Shown here: in pieces, positions 62,001 to 64,000 of the stretch
Position numbering within the stretch: position 1 is the stretch's first letter
Layout: each line of letters starts with the position of its first letter
Assembly: GCF_009914755.1 (NCBI RefSeq)
Contig: NC_060944.1
Origin: the human T2T-CHM13v2.0 reference genome, Homo sapiens
Strand: one strand, 5' to 3'
Length of the DNA stretch: 64,000 nucleotides
Notes under the pieces: generated by a model
The model's database searches: none
What the model was told of the DNA's origin: nothing
What the model saw: the letters and a program-made list of their open reading frames with translations, nothing else
Program-made: the position numbers and the translations under genes

Positions 62001-62002
<2 letters not shown>

Positions 62003-62035
<33 letters not shown>

Positions 62036-62043
62036 GTCTCTGT

Positions 62044-62085
<42 letters not shown>
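62003..62085. repeat. Compound (CT)n(GT)n microsatellite
   Basis: Direct read. Confidence 0.97.
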
Positions 62086-62088
<3 letters not shown>

Positions 62089-62781
62089 ATAAGCCTGCCC
62101 CAACAAGCCTATTTACTCAGAATGTAAAACAAATTTACCGTAGTATATCGACTAAATACACATCGGGTATCAATTTTATTTGTTGCAGGAATGAGTATAC
62201 TGTGTGAGTCTCTTAAAAGGTTGATACTCTGGTTTCAGCCTAACCTCAGCCTTGATCTGAATCCAAGGTTTCTAAGCCTCTCTTTCTTATCCCCTGGCTC
62301 TACCCTTTAATTCCGCATCAAATCGTTCTCTTCGGCAGTCTTACCCCGAATCAGCGGTGTTGACCTCACATGGAATCACAGAACCATTCCCCTCATTTCC
62401 TCTCCCTGTTTTTCGTATTCAACCTCTGTTGACCCTTCCCAGGTGTTACTCATGTGATGTATTCTGTAGGCTAAGTCATTTCCCCGCGCTGAGTTTCCCA
62501 TTTATTTCTTCCACTGCCAAAATGTCTTTTTCCCTCTGTATCCTTCACAACCCCTGTGTTGCACATCTATCACCTTTATATGTGTCCTGAGCCTTGCGAT
62601 TCTCCATCTGCACTCCTGATCACTTTCTCTTCCTCACTCTGAGCCCTTCATTCTCCGTGTTGAGTAAAAATTCTTGGCCTCAAGGAGCTTTCATCGGCAA
62701 TGCTAATATTTTAAATATTATGATTACTTTTCTCTCTGCCATAAAAATCTCCCAAAACATCCATATGATCAGTGTAGAACA

Positions 62782-62972
62782 CTGATTCTCAGTCAGGGAG
62801 GGGTGATTTTGCCCACTAAGAGACATTTATAGTTGTCACAACTGGTGGGGGTCCTTCTGTCTTCTGGTGGGGAGAGACCAGGGATGCTGCGGAACAATAC
62901 TCCAAAGCCCAGTACAGCCCCACAACAAAGGAATATTCAAATGCCAATAATGCTAAGGTTGAAAAACTCTGG
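62782..62972 (+). mobile_element. MER20
   Basis: 'gggtgattttgccc...gttgtcacaactgg...gaccagggatgctgc...aatgctaaggttgaaaaactctg'. Confidence 0.8.
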
Positions 62973-63054
62973 TATAGATTAGAAAGTGTATTTATCTTAA
63001 AAAGCTAAAATAGAACTAAGACACAATGCAAGCATAAGGATAGTTAATAATAAA

Positions 63055-63280
63055 ACAATAATAACTCAAATGTATTTGGCATTTGTCATGTAGCAGGCAC
63101 CGTGCCAACAGTTTTCCCTTCTTTGCCTTATTTGATCCTCATGATTACCCTATAAGGTAGGAACTATTATGATCCCCCTTGCAAATGATAAAACTGTGGC
63201 CCAAATAAGTTAAATTATGTAACTAAGGTCACACAGCTGATTAAGGACTAAGCTGAGATCCAATCCCAGGCAGCCAAATG
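63055..63280 (-). mobile_element. MIR
   Basis: 'atttgatcctcatgattaccctataaggtagg...taaggtcacacagct'. Confidence 0.85.
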
Positions 63281-64000
63281 GGAAGGGCTTCTTTATTTTG
63301 AACTGCTGTGATGAGCACTGATACATCTAGAAACAGATGTGCCATATACTGCAGAGCGAGGATCCTCTAACTGAGGTCTCTTGGATAGGATTCCGGAGGT
63401 CTTTGAGCCCCCTGGAAATAAATGCAGTATTTCCATCAATGTGCATTTTTTTTTTTTTCTGGGAAGGGGGATGTGGTTCAAACAGTCAAATTATCTCAGA
63501 AAGATTTGCAACCAGAAATACACTGGGAATCCATGAACAGCTTGCTCTTGACTTTCAGGAAAGGAGAAGTTTTGTGCCCTGGATTAGGCTGCCTTTCTGC
63601 AAAGGTGGGCTCAAAAATTCTGACCAGACTATGGACCATCCTTGATTAAACTTGATAAATCATTTGGCAACCTTGAATTTCCAAGGACTGTTAAAGGGCA
63701 CAAAGCAAATTTAATAAAAATCTTAAGAAATGGGGTGACCTTAGGTGATCTATTTATATAAGATTAGGAAATATAATGGCTTCAGGTACTAACGGTTTCA
63801 CAGTATTGACCTATCCATGTCACAGGACTCTTTGCCTGGGTGTTGCTGATATTTTCCTCTGTGATTCTCACTGTCCCTGAATTCGTGGCTCACCTAGTCC
63901 CCTACAAATTTACATATTTGCTTATCTGTGTTAATACCTTCAATCTGGTTACCTCCAGCTTTGATGGTTTAGGAATCACATTGATGCTTCTTTACATATC

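Overview
Primate genomic DNA, most likely human or great ape (AluY/AluS/AluJ/FAM, L1PA, L1M, MaLR/ERVL LTRs, MIR/L2, MER DNA transposons). It looks intergenic or deep-intronic. I recognise no host protein-coding gene. All long ORFs are remnants of L1 ORF1/ORF2 or chance ORFs through Alu/LTR sequence. Two large elements dominate: a full-length but dead L1PA (about PA5) at 2331-8830 (+) with an AluY inside ORF1, and an apparently full-length ancient L1MA at 13983-20702 (-) that still has a 15-bp TSD. I found no new protein-based system. The most interesting signals are non-standard retrotransposition products. (1) A 7.2-kb composite (Alu right arm + L1PA + L1MA 3' end + unique spacer + A-rich tail) bracketed by one 12-bp TSD at a TT/AAAA site, implying transduction or a retrocopied transcript. 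(2) An Alu carrying 44 nt of extra 5' sequence inside a 20-bp duplication. (3) A tail-less AluY. (4) An Alu whose 5' promoter region is split by a fold-back insertion. (5) A roughly 40-nt mini-Alu. Also noted: a pair of MLT2A LTRs pointing away from each other with intact splice donors, a candidate minus-strand microexon plus 69-nt exon, a tRNA-Ile-headed MamSINE1, and several repeat-free, motif-dense, enhancer-like islands. Repeat subfamily names come from remembered consensus sequences, not a RepeatMasker/Dfam run, and boundaries of old repeats are approximate.
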